Below are positions 34,855-45,847 of a DNA stretch of 64,000 nt, piece after piece. The DNA comes from Mobula hypostoma (taxonomy: Eukaryota). Numbering within the stretch: position 1 is the stretch's first letter; each line of letters opens with the position of its first letter. The position numbers were made by a program, and so were the translations under genes. The stretch spans positions 235,664,001-235,728,000 of the forward strand of contig NC_086097.1 of the NCBI RefSeq assembly GCF_963921235.1, given 5' to 3'. The notes below the pieces were generated by a model. That model had not been told where the DNA came from. It was given only the letters and a program-made list of their open reading frames with translations, and did not search any database.

Positions 34855-36382
34855 GATGTAGTGTACCGGGACCGGATGAGATATACCCCAAGTTACTGTG
34901 GGAAGTGAGGAAGGAAATTACTGAGCCTCTGTTGAGGATCTTTGCACCATCACTATGATGGGAGAAGTACCAGAGGATTGGAAGGTTGCAAATATCGTTC
35001 CCTTGTTCAAGAAAGGAAGTAAAGGTAACTCAGGAAATTATAGACAGTAAGTCTTACTTCAGTGGTGGGCAAGTTGTTGGAGAAGATTCTGAGAGGTAGT
35101 ATTTGGAGAGACTAATCTGATTAGGGATAGGCAACGTTGCTTTGTCAAGGACAGATCATGCCTTACGAGCCTGATTGAATTCTTTGAGGATGTAACAAAA
35201 CACATTGATGAAGGTAGAGCAGTGGATGTAGTGTATATGGATTTCAGCAAGGCATTTGATAAGGATCCCCATGCGAGGCTCATTCAGAAATTAAGGGGGC
35301 TGGGGATCCAAGGGGACATTGCTTTGTGGATCCAGAATTGGCTTGCCCACAGAAGGCAAAGAGTGGTTGTAGATGGTTCATGTTCTGCATGGAGGTCAGT
35401 GACCAGTGGTGTGCCTCAGGGATCTGTTCTGGGACCCCTCCTGTTTGTGATTTTTATAAATGAAATGGATGAAGAAGTAGAAGGGTGGGTTAGTAGGTTT
35501 GCTGATGACACAAAAATTGGGGGTATTGTGGATAGTCTGGGGGGTTGTCAGAGGTTACAGCGGGACATCAATTGGATGCAAATCTGGGCTGAGAAATGAC
35601 AGATTGACTTCAACCCAGATAAATATGAAGTGGTTAATTTTAGTAGGTCAAATTTGAAGACAGAATATAATATTAATAGTAAGACTCTTGGCAATGTGGA
35701 GGATCAGTAAGATCTTAGAGTCCGTGTCCATAAGACACTCAAAGCTGCTGCTCAGGTTGACAGTTTTGTTAAGAAGGTGTATGATGTGTTGGCTTTCAAC
35801 TGTGGGATTAAGTTCGAGAGCTGTGACATAATTTTACAGCTATATAAGACCTAAGTTAGACCCCATTTGGAGTACTGTGCTCAGTTCTGGTCATCTCACT
35901 ACAGGAAGGATGTGGATACTATAGAGACAGTGTGGAGGAGATTTACAAGGATGTTGCCTGGATTGGAGGGAGTACCTTATAAGAATAGGTTGAGTATAAT
36001 TGGCCTTTTCTACTTGGAGCAACGAAGAATGAGAGGTGACCTGATTGAGGTGTATAAGATGATGAGAGGCATTGTTCGTGTGGATAGCAGAGGCTTTTTC
36101 CCAGGGCTGAAATGGCTAACATGAGGGGGCATAGCTTTAAAGTGCTTGGAAGTAGGTACCGAGGGGAGGTCAGGTGTAAGTTTTTCACACAGAGAGTGGT
36201 GGGTGTGTGGAATGCACTGCCGGTAGCAGTGGTAGAAGCAGATACGATAGGGTCTTTTAAGAGCCTTTTAGATAGGTACATAGAGCTTAGAAAAATAGAG
36301 AGGTATGCACTAGGGAAATTCTAGTCGGTACAACATCGTGGGCCAAAGGGGCTGTAATGTGCTGTAATTGTCTATGTTTCTA
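34855..36382 (+). mobile_element. CR1 LINE RT to 3' end, inserted in a Rex1-like remnant (~34690-36780)
   Basis: PGPDEIYPKLL, DVVYMDFSKAFDK, GVPQGSVLGPLLFVIFIN, FADDTKIGG; 3'UTR. Confidence 0.95.
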
Positions 36383-37189
36383 ATATCATAAGGATCACAT
36401 ATACCCTGCTCATGGACTATTTGTCCCAGTTCATCAAGGAAGAGGCTATGCAGCATCCATGCCGGGAACCTCTGACTCAAAAACAGTTACAGTACTTCCC
36501 CCAAGCTACCAGGCTGATCAATACCTTCACCCACCAACCAACCCCACCACAATCCCAACCACCACTACTTTATCATTTCTTGTCAGGGTCACCGTATCGA
36601 TAGATAGTCCTGAATATATGTACATACAATCAGTAATCTTCGATATTTATATTCAATGTTTTTAATTGTGTTATTTAAGCATATTATGCTTTTTTATATT
36701 GCATTGGACACAGAATAACAATTATTTCATTTTCTTTTACACTTGTGTACTAATGGTTAACAACAAACAATCTTGGATCATTAATCTTGAAGAGCGAAAA
36801 TGGAACTGATCACTAGGGCTCCTACCAATCAGCAGCTTAGGAGTCCTTTCATGATGAGCAGAAGGTCCTGAAGATTGTTCCTGCACAATTTCAATAGCAT
36901 TTTGAGTTTAATCCTGCTTATGAGTGATTATCAATAAACAAAAATCTGAGAACCTGGACAATTTTTGGACATCTCCAGCTGGGGATGTGGAGAAGCATTG
37001 AAAGTTGAACTTAGGGTAATCTTCGACAAACTTCTTAGAGGCCCCACAGCCCTAGGGTTGAGGAAGTTAGATTTCAGCTCTGGAAAGCCAGAGACAATAC
37101 GTCAGACCTTCCTCTTACAATCTGGATTCTTTTCAGGTTAGTTGTTCTAAACCTACTTAACATTCAGGAATCTGAAGTTCAAGTGCAAG

Positions 37190-39325
37190 TTGTAGAAATG
37201 TTGAGCAAGTTGGGGCTTTTCTCTTTGGAGCAAAGGAGAATGAGAAGCAACTTGATGGAAGATGATAAAAGGCAGGGGTGGAATGGACAGCCACAGACCT
37301 TTACCCAGAGTGGTCTGGATAATATGAAAGAACATACTTTAATGTGATTGGAAGAATGTATGGAAGGTAAAGTGTGTGTGGAATGCACGGCAATGGTAGA
37401 GACAGAAACACTTAATAGACTCTGAGATAGGCTCATGAATGAAAGAAAAATCGAGGGCTATGTGGAAGGGAAGGGTAAGATTGAATTTGGAGAAGATTAT
37501 AAGTATGGCAAAACACTGTGGACCAAATGGACTGTATTGTGCTGTACTGTTCAATGTTCCATGTTCTATTTCAAGTCAAGTGAAGTCAGGTTTATTGCAT
37601 TTATCTATTCTTTTCTTCGGTATTCACTAAGGAGAAGGATATTGAATTGTGTAAGATGAGGGAAACAGGTAGGGAAGTTATGGAAAATATGATGATTAAA
37701 GAAGAGGAAGTACTGGCGCTTTTAAGGAATATAAAAGTGGATAAGTCCCTGGGTCCTGAAAGGATATTCCCTAGGACCTTGAGGGAAGTTAGTGTGGAAA
37801 TAGCAGGGGCTCTGACAGAAATATTTCAAATGTCATTAGAAACGAAGATGGTGCCGGAAGATTGGCGTATTGCTCGTGTTGTTCCATTGTTTAAAAAGGA
37901 TTCAAAGAGTAAACCTAACAATTATCGGCCTGTGAGTTTGATGTCAGTGGTGGGTAAATTGATGGAAAGTATTCTTAGAGGTGGTATATATAACTACCTG
38001 GATAGACAGGGTCTGCTTAGTAACAGTCAACATGGATTTGTCAGTGGAAGGTCATGTTTGACAAATCTTATTGAATTTTTTGAAGAGGTTACTAGGAAAG
38101 TTGACAAGGGTAAAGCGGTGGATGTTGTCTATATGGACTTCAGTAAGGCCTTTGGCAAGGTTCCAGATGGAAGGTTAGTTAGGAAAGTTCAATCATTAGA
38201 TATTAGAATTGAAGTAGTAAAATCGATTCAGTAGTGGCTGGGTGGGAGACGCCAGAGAGTAGTGGTGGATAACTGTTTGTCAGATTGGAGGCTGGTGACT
38301 AGTGGTGTCCCTCAGGGATCTGTACTGGGTCCAATGTTGTTTGTCATATACATTAATGATCTGGATGATGGGGTGGTAAATTGGATTAGTAGGTATGGAG
38401 ATGATACTAAGATAGGTAGAGTTCTGGATAATGAAGTAGGTTTTCAAAGCTTGCAGAGAGATTTCGGCAAGTTAGAAGAGTGGGCAGAAAGATAGCAGGT
38501 GGAGTTTAATGCTGAAAAATGTGAGGTGCTACATTTTGGTAGGACTAATCAAAATAGGACATACATGGTAAATGGTAGGGCATTGAAGAATGCTGCAGAA
38601 CAGAGGGATCTATGAATAATGATGCATAGTTCCCTGAAGGTGGAATCTCATGTGGATAGGGTGATGAAGAAAGCTTTTGGTATGCTGGCCTTTATAAATC
38701 AGAGCATTGAGTATAGGAGTTGGGATGTAATGTTGAAATTGTACAAGATATTAGTAAGGCTAAATTTGGGGTATTGTGTACAGTTCTGTTCACTGAATTA
38801 TAGGAAAGATGTCAACAAAATAGAAAGAGTACAGAGAAGATTTACTAGAATGTTACCTGGGTTTCATCACCTAAGTTACAGAGAAAGGTTGAACAAGTTG
38901 GGTCTTTATTCTTTGGAGCGTTGAAGGTTGAGGGGGGACTTGATAAAGCTATTTAAAATTATGAGGGGGATAGATAAAGTTGACGTGGATAGGCTTTTTC
39001 CATTGAGAGTGGGGGAGATTCAAACAAGAGGACATGAGTTGAGAGTTAGGGGACAAAAGTTTAGGGCTAACATGAGGGGGATCTTCTTTATTCAGTGAGT
39101 GGGTGCTGTGTGGAATGAACTTCCAGCAGAAGTGGTTGAGGCAGGTTCGATGTTGTCATTTAAAGTTAAATTGGATAGCTATATGGACAGGAAAAGAATG
39201 AAGGGTTATGGACTGAGTGCAGGTCGGTGGGACTAGGTGAGAGTAAAAGTTCGGCATGGACTAGAAGGGCCGAGATGGCCTATTTCCGTGCTGTAATTGT
39301 TATGTGGTTATATGGTTACGGTTAT
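37190..39325 (+). mobile_element. CR1 LINEs: old 3' fragment (~37190-37570) and a ~1.7 kb RT-to-3' copy (~37600-39325)
   Basis: ORFs 37647-38234, 38262-38495 and 38619-38924 (NYRPVSLMSVVGKLME, GRSCLTNLIEFFEEV, YGDDTK); (GGTTATAT)-like tail. Confidence 0.95.
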
Positions 39326-41157
39326 GAATACCGTCAAACGAGACGTTCCTCCAGACCAGGTGTAAAGCACAGCAGTACACATTACACACAATAACTTAGG
39401 GAAGTAAGAATAAAATCTACTAATGAATTATGCAATAAATGAACAAAGAAAAGTGCATATATTAAAAATTGTAGAGCATTGTGATACTTTGAATGTGATA
39501 CGGCAGGGAATTCAGAAGCCTAATGGGTTTAGGGAAGAAACTGTTTCCCACCCTGACAGTTCTTGTAGCTAAGGGTCAGAGTCTCCTGCCTGATGGTAGA
39601 AAGTCAAAGAGGGTGCTGTATGGATGGATGGGATCCTTGATACTAAGTGTCCTGCGTACACAGCACTCCTGATAAATGTCCCTGATGGATCCTCTCAGCC
39701 ATTCTCACAGTCTGTTGTAGGGATTTCTGATCTGATGCTTGGCTGCTCCCATATCAGATGGACTTGCAGCTTATGTTCCAAATTCATTTTAATTGATTCA
39801 AAACCTTGGGATACATATATTGTGCCTCATGGAGCCCAAACAGAAACCACTAAAAATCAATGTGATCTCTCAAGAATAAAAAAAATAATCTTTTATTTGT
39901 CAAGCAACTTTCAAAAAGTGCATAGAACTCTTTTCCAAAGAAACTTAGCCACAACAGTCAGTATGTTTTTTTTTTAATGTCATCTTCTAAAACACATCTA
40001 AGGATTTATTTAAAATTTTTTGTATCTCCCTTAGTGTTACAATAATGGTGAACAATTTACCCCGGGAACATGACTAATTTCGTATTTGACATCTGATTCC
40101 AACATACTGACTTTAAAGACAAGCTGAAAAGATTTTTGGAGTTGAGTTCTGTTCATTCCAATTGCTATTTAAAATTCTGTGCATGTTTGCGTCAATTATA
40201 TCAATATTTTGGATGTGAACTGATAATGAATGCAATCCCACGAAACCCCAGACACATTCTATTCTTTGGAGGATCACAACATACAAGTGTTTTTTTTTAC
40301 TGTTACTGTTTATTTCAAAGTGTGTGGGAGCTTTTGGATAGCTGCCTGATATGAAGAAAAATTACATTACTGGTATAGCAATCCAAACCGCTAATGATTC
40401 TGAAATATGAGTTTAAATGCCAGTATGGATTTCCATACATTTAATTAATTAAATAAACTTGGAAATAAAAGGCTTTGAGATTTACATTCCCAAGACACAG
40501 ATTGACCTTGGCAAGAGGTGCTTTTTATTTAGTTTTTGCTTTCTGCACCAAAGGCAGTCCTTAAATTCAAAATTCAAAGTTCAAAGTTCAAAATAAATTT
40601 GTTGAAGTATGTACGGTATATGTCATGATAAGCTACCCTGAAATACATTTTCTTGCAGACTTTCACAGTAGAACAAAGAAATATAATAGAATTAATGAAA
40701 AACTATACACAAATATCGACAATCAATGTACAAAAGAAGACAAACTGTGCACATATTAAAAAAAAAGATAAATAATACTGAGGACATGAGCTGTAGAGTT
40801 CTTGATAGTGAGTCCATAGGTTATCAATTATGAATGCTAAATTACCAATTAAACCTAAATTACCAATCAACGTGATTCCTCCATCAAACACATCTTCCCG
40901 CTCATCTCCCCTTCTAATGTTTCAAAGTGATTCTTCCCTTTGAGTTCTCTGATGCACTCTTTCATCTCCTCCAGCTTATAACATTTTCCTATGCAAATGC
41001 AGGGCACCTGGAGACACAAATGCAATATATCCTACATTTATCTCCTTAAAGATCATGAGCTATTCTGAGTAATTTGTTGTTGACATTTTTCTCTTCTTCT
41101 GTTGGTCCTGCTATACTTGCCTCTATAATACATTTCACAGCACCTAATTATCCTATT

Positions 41158-41427
41158 TAAAAGTTAAAGTCTGTCCCGAGCCTTATAGGCTCATCAGGCC
41201 GGTGCTTATGCCGGTTTCCGTGGCGTGAATTGACTGAGAGTACAAGACTCCACCCCTCCCCCCCCCCCCCACGGATAGGACGCCAGTCTATCGTGAGGTT
41301 AACCCCCAGCATTTTTCTTGTACTCATTTTCAGCTGGGTGGACTGGAGCAACGTGTGGTTAAGTGTCTTGCTCAAGGACACAACACGCTGTCTCGGCTGG
41401 GGCTGGAACTCACGACCTTCAGATCAC
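41158..41427 (-). mobile_element. tRNA-derived SINE, 5'-truncated
   Basis: 12-bp TSD AATTATCCTATT (41146-41157 and 41428-41439). Minus strand has B-box-like GAGTTCCAGCCC, core GTGTCCTTGAGCAAGACACTTAACC and a (CTTTAA) tail. Confidence 0.8.
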
Positions 41428-41727
41428 AATTATCCTATTAACTCTTGATATCACTTGCACTGTGGTCATTTGGTTGACGTGGATACTTCTGACCATTCCT
41501 TCAATTTAAATAATGCATTTTGCAGAGCTACAGACTGGAGACGTGTATTATTTAACTAATATTCTACTCCACTTCTGGACATCGTTCTTGTTCAATGTTC
41601 TTCGTGATCTCGCATTCCCCTGCTTATGCTCTCTGTCGATATTCACTTCAACTCAATTGTTCATTATTTTTCAGCAGTCTAAAATGTTTACTGAATCTGG
41701 TTAAAAAAAAATGCTTGAGTAAGCTGT

Positions 41728-42629
41728 CACACATAAAAGTTGCTGGTGAACGCAGCAGGCCAGGCAGCATCTCTAGGAAGAGGTGCTGTCGACGTTTCAG
41801 GCCGAGACCCTTCGTTAGGACTAACTGAAGGAAGAGTGAGTAAGGGATTTGAAAGTTGGAGGGGGAGGGGGAGATCCAAAATGATAGGAGAAGACAGGAG
41901 GGGGAGGGATGAAGCCAAGAGCTGGACAGGTGATAGGCAAAAGGGATATGAGAGGATCATGGGACAGGAGGTCTGGGAAGAAAGACAAGGGGGGGGGAAG
42001 AGACCCAGAGGGTGGGCAAGGGGTATATTCAGAGGGACAGAGGGAGAAAAAGGAGAGTGAGAGAAAGAATGTGTGTATAAAAATAAGTAACAGATGGGGT
42101 ACGAGGGGGAGGTGGGGCATTAGCAGAAGTTAGGGAAGTCAGAGAAGTCAATGTTCATGCCATCAGGTTGGAGGCTACCCAAACGGAATACAAGGTGTTG
42201 TTCCTCCAACCTGAGTGTGGCTTCATCTTTACAGTAGAGGAGGCCGTGGATAGACATGTCAGAATGGGAATGGGATGTGGAATTAAAATGTGTGGCCACT
42301 GGGAGATCCTGCTTTCTCTGGCGGACAGAGCGTAGATGTTCAGCAAAGCGGTCTCCCAGTCTGCGTCAGGTCTCGCCAATATATAAAAGGCCACATCGGG
42401 AGCACTGGACGCAGTATATCACCCCAGCCGACCCACAGGTGAAGTGTTGCCTCACCTGGAAGGACTGTTTGGGGCCCTGAATGGTGGTAAGGGAGGAAGT
42501 GTAAGGGCATGTGTAGCACTTGTTCCGCTTACATGGATAAGTGTTAGGAGGGAGATCAGTGGGGAGGGATTGGGGGGGATGAATGGACAAGGGAGTTGCG
42601 TAGGGAGCGATCCCTGCGGAATGCAGAGA
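41728..42629 (-). mobile_element. Penelope-like retroelement, 5'-truncated: GIY-YIG endonuclease, 3'UTR and terminal repeat
   Basis: YPCKRNKCYTCPY...FTCGSAGVIYCVQCSRCGLLYIGET*RRLGDRFAEHLRS...EEQHLVFRLGSLQPDGMN; 11-bp TSD GAGTAAGCTGT (41717-41727 and 42630-42640). Confidence 0.93.
41788..41821 (-). ncRNA. Minimal type I hammerhead ribozyme motif (mutated core)
   Basis: GTC-CTAACGA-A-GGGT-CTCG-GCCT-GAAA-C-GTC-GAC: helix I GTC/GAC, helix II, GAAA and GUC cleavage triplet; CUGANGA changed to CUAACGA. Confidence 0.8.
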
Positions 42630-43168
42630 GAGTAAGCTGTGTTTGCTTTGTGCTCTCTTCACTTGGTTTGGCTTTACAGTTGATTTTGTAAATCTTTACT
42701 CTGAAACAGACAATCTCTTCTTGCAGAAAATCGCATCTACTTTGTTAAAGTTTCATATAATGGTGTTGTAATCATTTGAGACCTCTGAAAGGTGAAGATT
42801 GTCTGCCTTAGTTAGGGTCGATATTGAAATAGTAATCTTGTTTATACCCCTGCATAGAAGTAATCATCTGAAAATAAATGTTCTGTGTCTAAAGTACTTT
42901 GTTATCTGAAGGTATCCCCCTCTTGGTAGGGAGGGAGGACTCACTACTCGTGTGGTGGTATTAGCAGCTAAAGTCACTGCGGAGCATAAATAGGGAAGTA
43001 AAGAAGGTTTTGAAGATTAGGTGGCTACAGCAAAATGTTCCTTTAGTGAGGATACCCATAGCCATCCATAACACCGGACAGCATTTTTTTTTCCAAAAGT
43101 GTTGCTTCCTCAAAATTTTTTTTTTGTTTATGATAGACTGCTTGAAGATGAACACAAATATAATTTCA

Positions 43169-43850
43169 CACTACTTGTATCACATAGGAATTTGGAGAAA
43201 CAAATTAACTTTTATTGAATATAATGTGTTTAATTGCATTATAGTGCTGATGCTTTGCAATAGTTCAACAATAATTCATTTATTGGCTTTCATTTGTACT
43301 CAGTGTCTGAGGCTTCTCGCTTAAGTGTCCAACAATAATTCGCCAGCACTGATGGATTCCAGTTGCCCTGGTATCTTTTCTCCATGACCGCAACGTCCTG
43401 CTGAAACGTTTCACCATGTTCGTCACTAACAGCACCAAGATTTGCAGGGAAGAAGTCTAAATGGGAATGCAGGAAATGAATCTTTAGTGACATGTTGCAT
43501 TTCATGGTTTTATATGCTTGAAGCATGCTTTCAAACAGCTGCATGTAGTTTGGTGCTCTGTAGATGCCGAGAAAAAAATTCAACAACTTCCTTGAATGCC
43601 TTCCATGTGATTTTCTCTGGTCCCACTAGAAATTCTTCAAATTATGTGTCATTGATGACCTGTTTGATTTGTGGACCAACAAAAATGCTTTCCTTAATCT
43701 TGGCATCAGTTATTCTGGGAAGCATCTGTCTCAAATATCAAAATCCTTCATAGAAATTTTTGTGCCTGGTGCTATCACCAGGCACAAAAATTTCTATGAA
43801 GGATTTTGATATCTGAGACAGATGCTTCCCAGAATAACTGATGCCAAGAT
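43169..43850 (-). mobile_element. Chapaev/CMC-like DNA transposon remnant with terminal inverted duplication
   Basis: EGF*YLRQMLPRITDAKIKESIFVGPQIK...MSLKIHFLHSHLDFFPANLGAVSDEHGETFQQDVAVMEKRYQGNWNPSVLANYCWTLKR; CAC-starting terminus at 43771(-). Superfamily assigned from recalled motif similarity; left boundary uncertain. Confidence 0.7.
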
Positions 43851-44084
43851 ATATATGAAAAGCTCTCCTGAGTGAATGTTGGGCTGAGTGGTAAATAAGA
43901 TTTGAGAATATATTATATTTGTGTTTATTACGTGTTTGAAGTTCTCTTACTGCCTTCCTTAAGCAGATCATTCAACCCATCTACTCTTTCCCATCATCCA
44001 TTAACCCACTTATTTCCCAGTAACCACTTATCTGTTATGTACCCATTAATACACCTCTAATGTTCCGACAATACACTCTCTTTA

Positions 44085-44650
44085 GACAAGAATAATGAGG
44101 GGGGGAACCTCATTGAAACCTACCAAAGGCCTAGATGGAGTATGTTTCCAATAGTGGGAGAGTCCAGGATGCTGAAACTATTACAGCATTAGTTTGAAAA
44201 CTGTGTACAGTTCTGGTCACCACATTATAGAAAAAAATACAATTGTACTGGAGGATGTCAGTTTAAAGTTTAAATATAGGTTTATTTTATCATATGTACA
44301 TCAGGGGATCTCATTGAAACCTATTCAAAATTGAAAGACCTAGACAGAATGGATGTGAAGGGGATATTTCCAATAGTGGGCGAATCTAAGACCATAGGAC
44401 ACAGCTTCAGAATAGAAGGATGCCCCTTTAGAAGAGAGATGATGTGGAATTTCTTCAGATGGATGGTGGTGAATCTGTGGAATTCATTGCCGCAAAAGAT
44501 TGTGGAGGTCTATTCGATGTGGAGGTTGATAGGTTCTTGATTATTAAGGTCAATTGTTATAGGTAGAAAGCAGGAGAATGGGGTAGAGAGGGAAGATAAT
44601 TCATACATGATCAATGGGCTGTATGTCCTAATTCTACTTATGTCTTATAG
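44085..44650 (+). mobile_element. CR1 3' fragments
   Basis: IFPIVGESKTIGHSFRIEGCPFRREMMWNFFRWMVVNLWNSLPQ. Confidence 0.8.
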
Positions 44651-45089
44651 ACGAACTTACAGTAACTGTTTTGCCTATGAGAAGACTTTACACGAGCCAA
44701 TTAATCTACTGTCCCCCACATCTTTGTAACTGGGAGAAATCCACAGGTAAAATCCAAAAGGTTACAGGGATAAGGTGCAATCTTCACGTGGACTGAACCC
44801 AAGATCAGGACTGAACCCAACGACTGGAGATGTGTGACAGCTGTATTAACTGATCTATTGGAAATGGGATGCACATTCATATTTGTGCTTGTCGTACTAT
44901 AAGATTCAAGATTTGAGTTTGTTTATTGACGATCTTCTGTACAAAAAAGTGAACAAGATCGAAATAAATTGTTAATCTGGATCCAATATGGCATAAAAAA
45001 GATAATCATAAAAATCATAATAAATATAAAAACATCCTAAATAACAATGTGCAAGTAATTGCTGAGTACGACTGGGTATACACATGATA

Positions 45090-45290
45090 AACACAACAAA
45101 ATCTGTAGATGCTGGAAATCCAAAGTAACAAACACAAAATGCTGGAGGAACTCAGCAGGTCAGGCAGCATCAATGGAAATGAATAAACAGTCAACGTTTC
45201 AGGTCAAGACCCATCTTCAGGATTCAGTAGGAATGGGAAAGACTCCAGAATAGAAAGGTGGGTGAAGGGGAAGGAGGCTAACTGGAAGGT
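45090..45290 (-). mobile_element. PLE terminal fragment with hammerhead motif (core nucleotides intact)
   Basis: Minus strand at 45188-45224 reads AATC-CTGAAGA-T-GGGT-CTTG-ACCT-GAAA-C-GTT-GACTG. Confidence 0.78.
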
Positions 45291-45847
45291 GTATACATAT
45301 GATCTACTTAGAGGAGTATCTGAACATAGGGTGACTGTGGCAGGAAAAGTTGAAATAACGAAGTGACTCTTGGTAAGAGGAACTCTTCTAGGCAGCAGCA
45401 GGGCAGATGATTGTTTTTGAGTGGTTCTGGCTTGTATACAGTGCAGTCTTGGAAAGGGACAAACAGTCCATGAGCAAGGTGAATGGGATCCTTCATGATG
45501 TTATTGGTCCTTTTCCGTCATCTTTATATATATGGCCTTAATTAGAGTAGGTTGGTGCCAGTGCTGCTTTGAGCAGCTGTAATTTCTCTTCATACAGCCC
45601 TCTGAATAAACCTTTTAAAGAACAATTATGTGTACTGTTGAGAAGTTTACCTAATGAGGTCAGATCAGGTTCAGGAAATACGGAATGAGGGGGGAGATGT
45701 GGGTGCATCTCACTATGATCACTTTTGTTTCCTTACCTCACCTTTCACCAACAGTATCAGTCAGCTAGAGTCAGCAGTGATCCGAATTATTGGCCAGTAA
45801 AATGCATAATGCATTATATTGAACATAGTAAAGACAGATAATACTGG

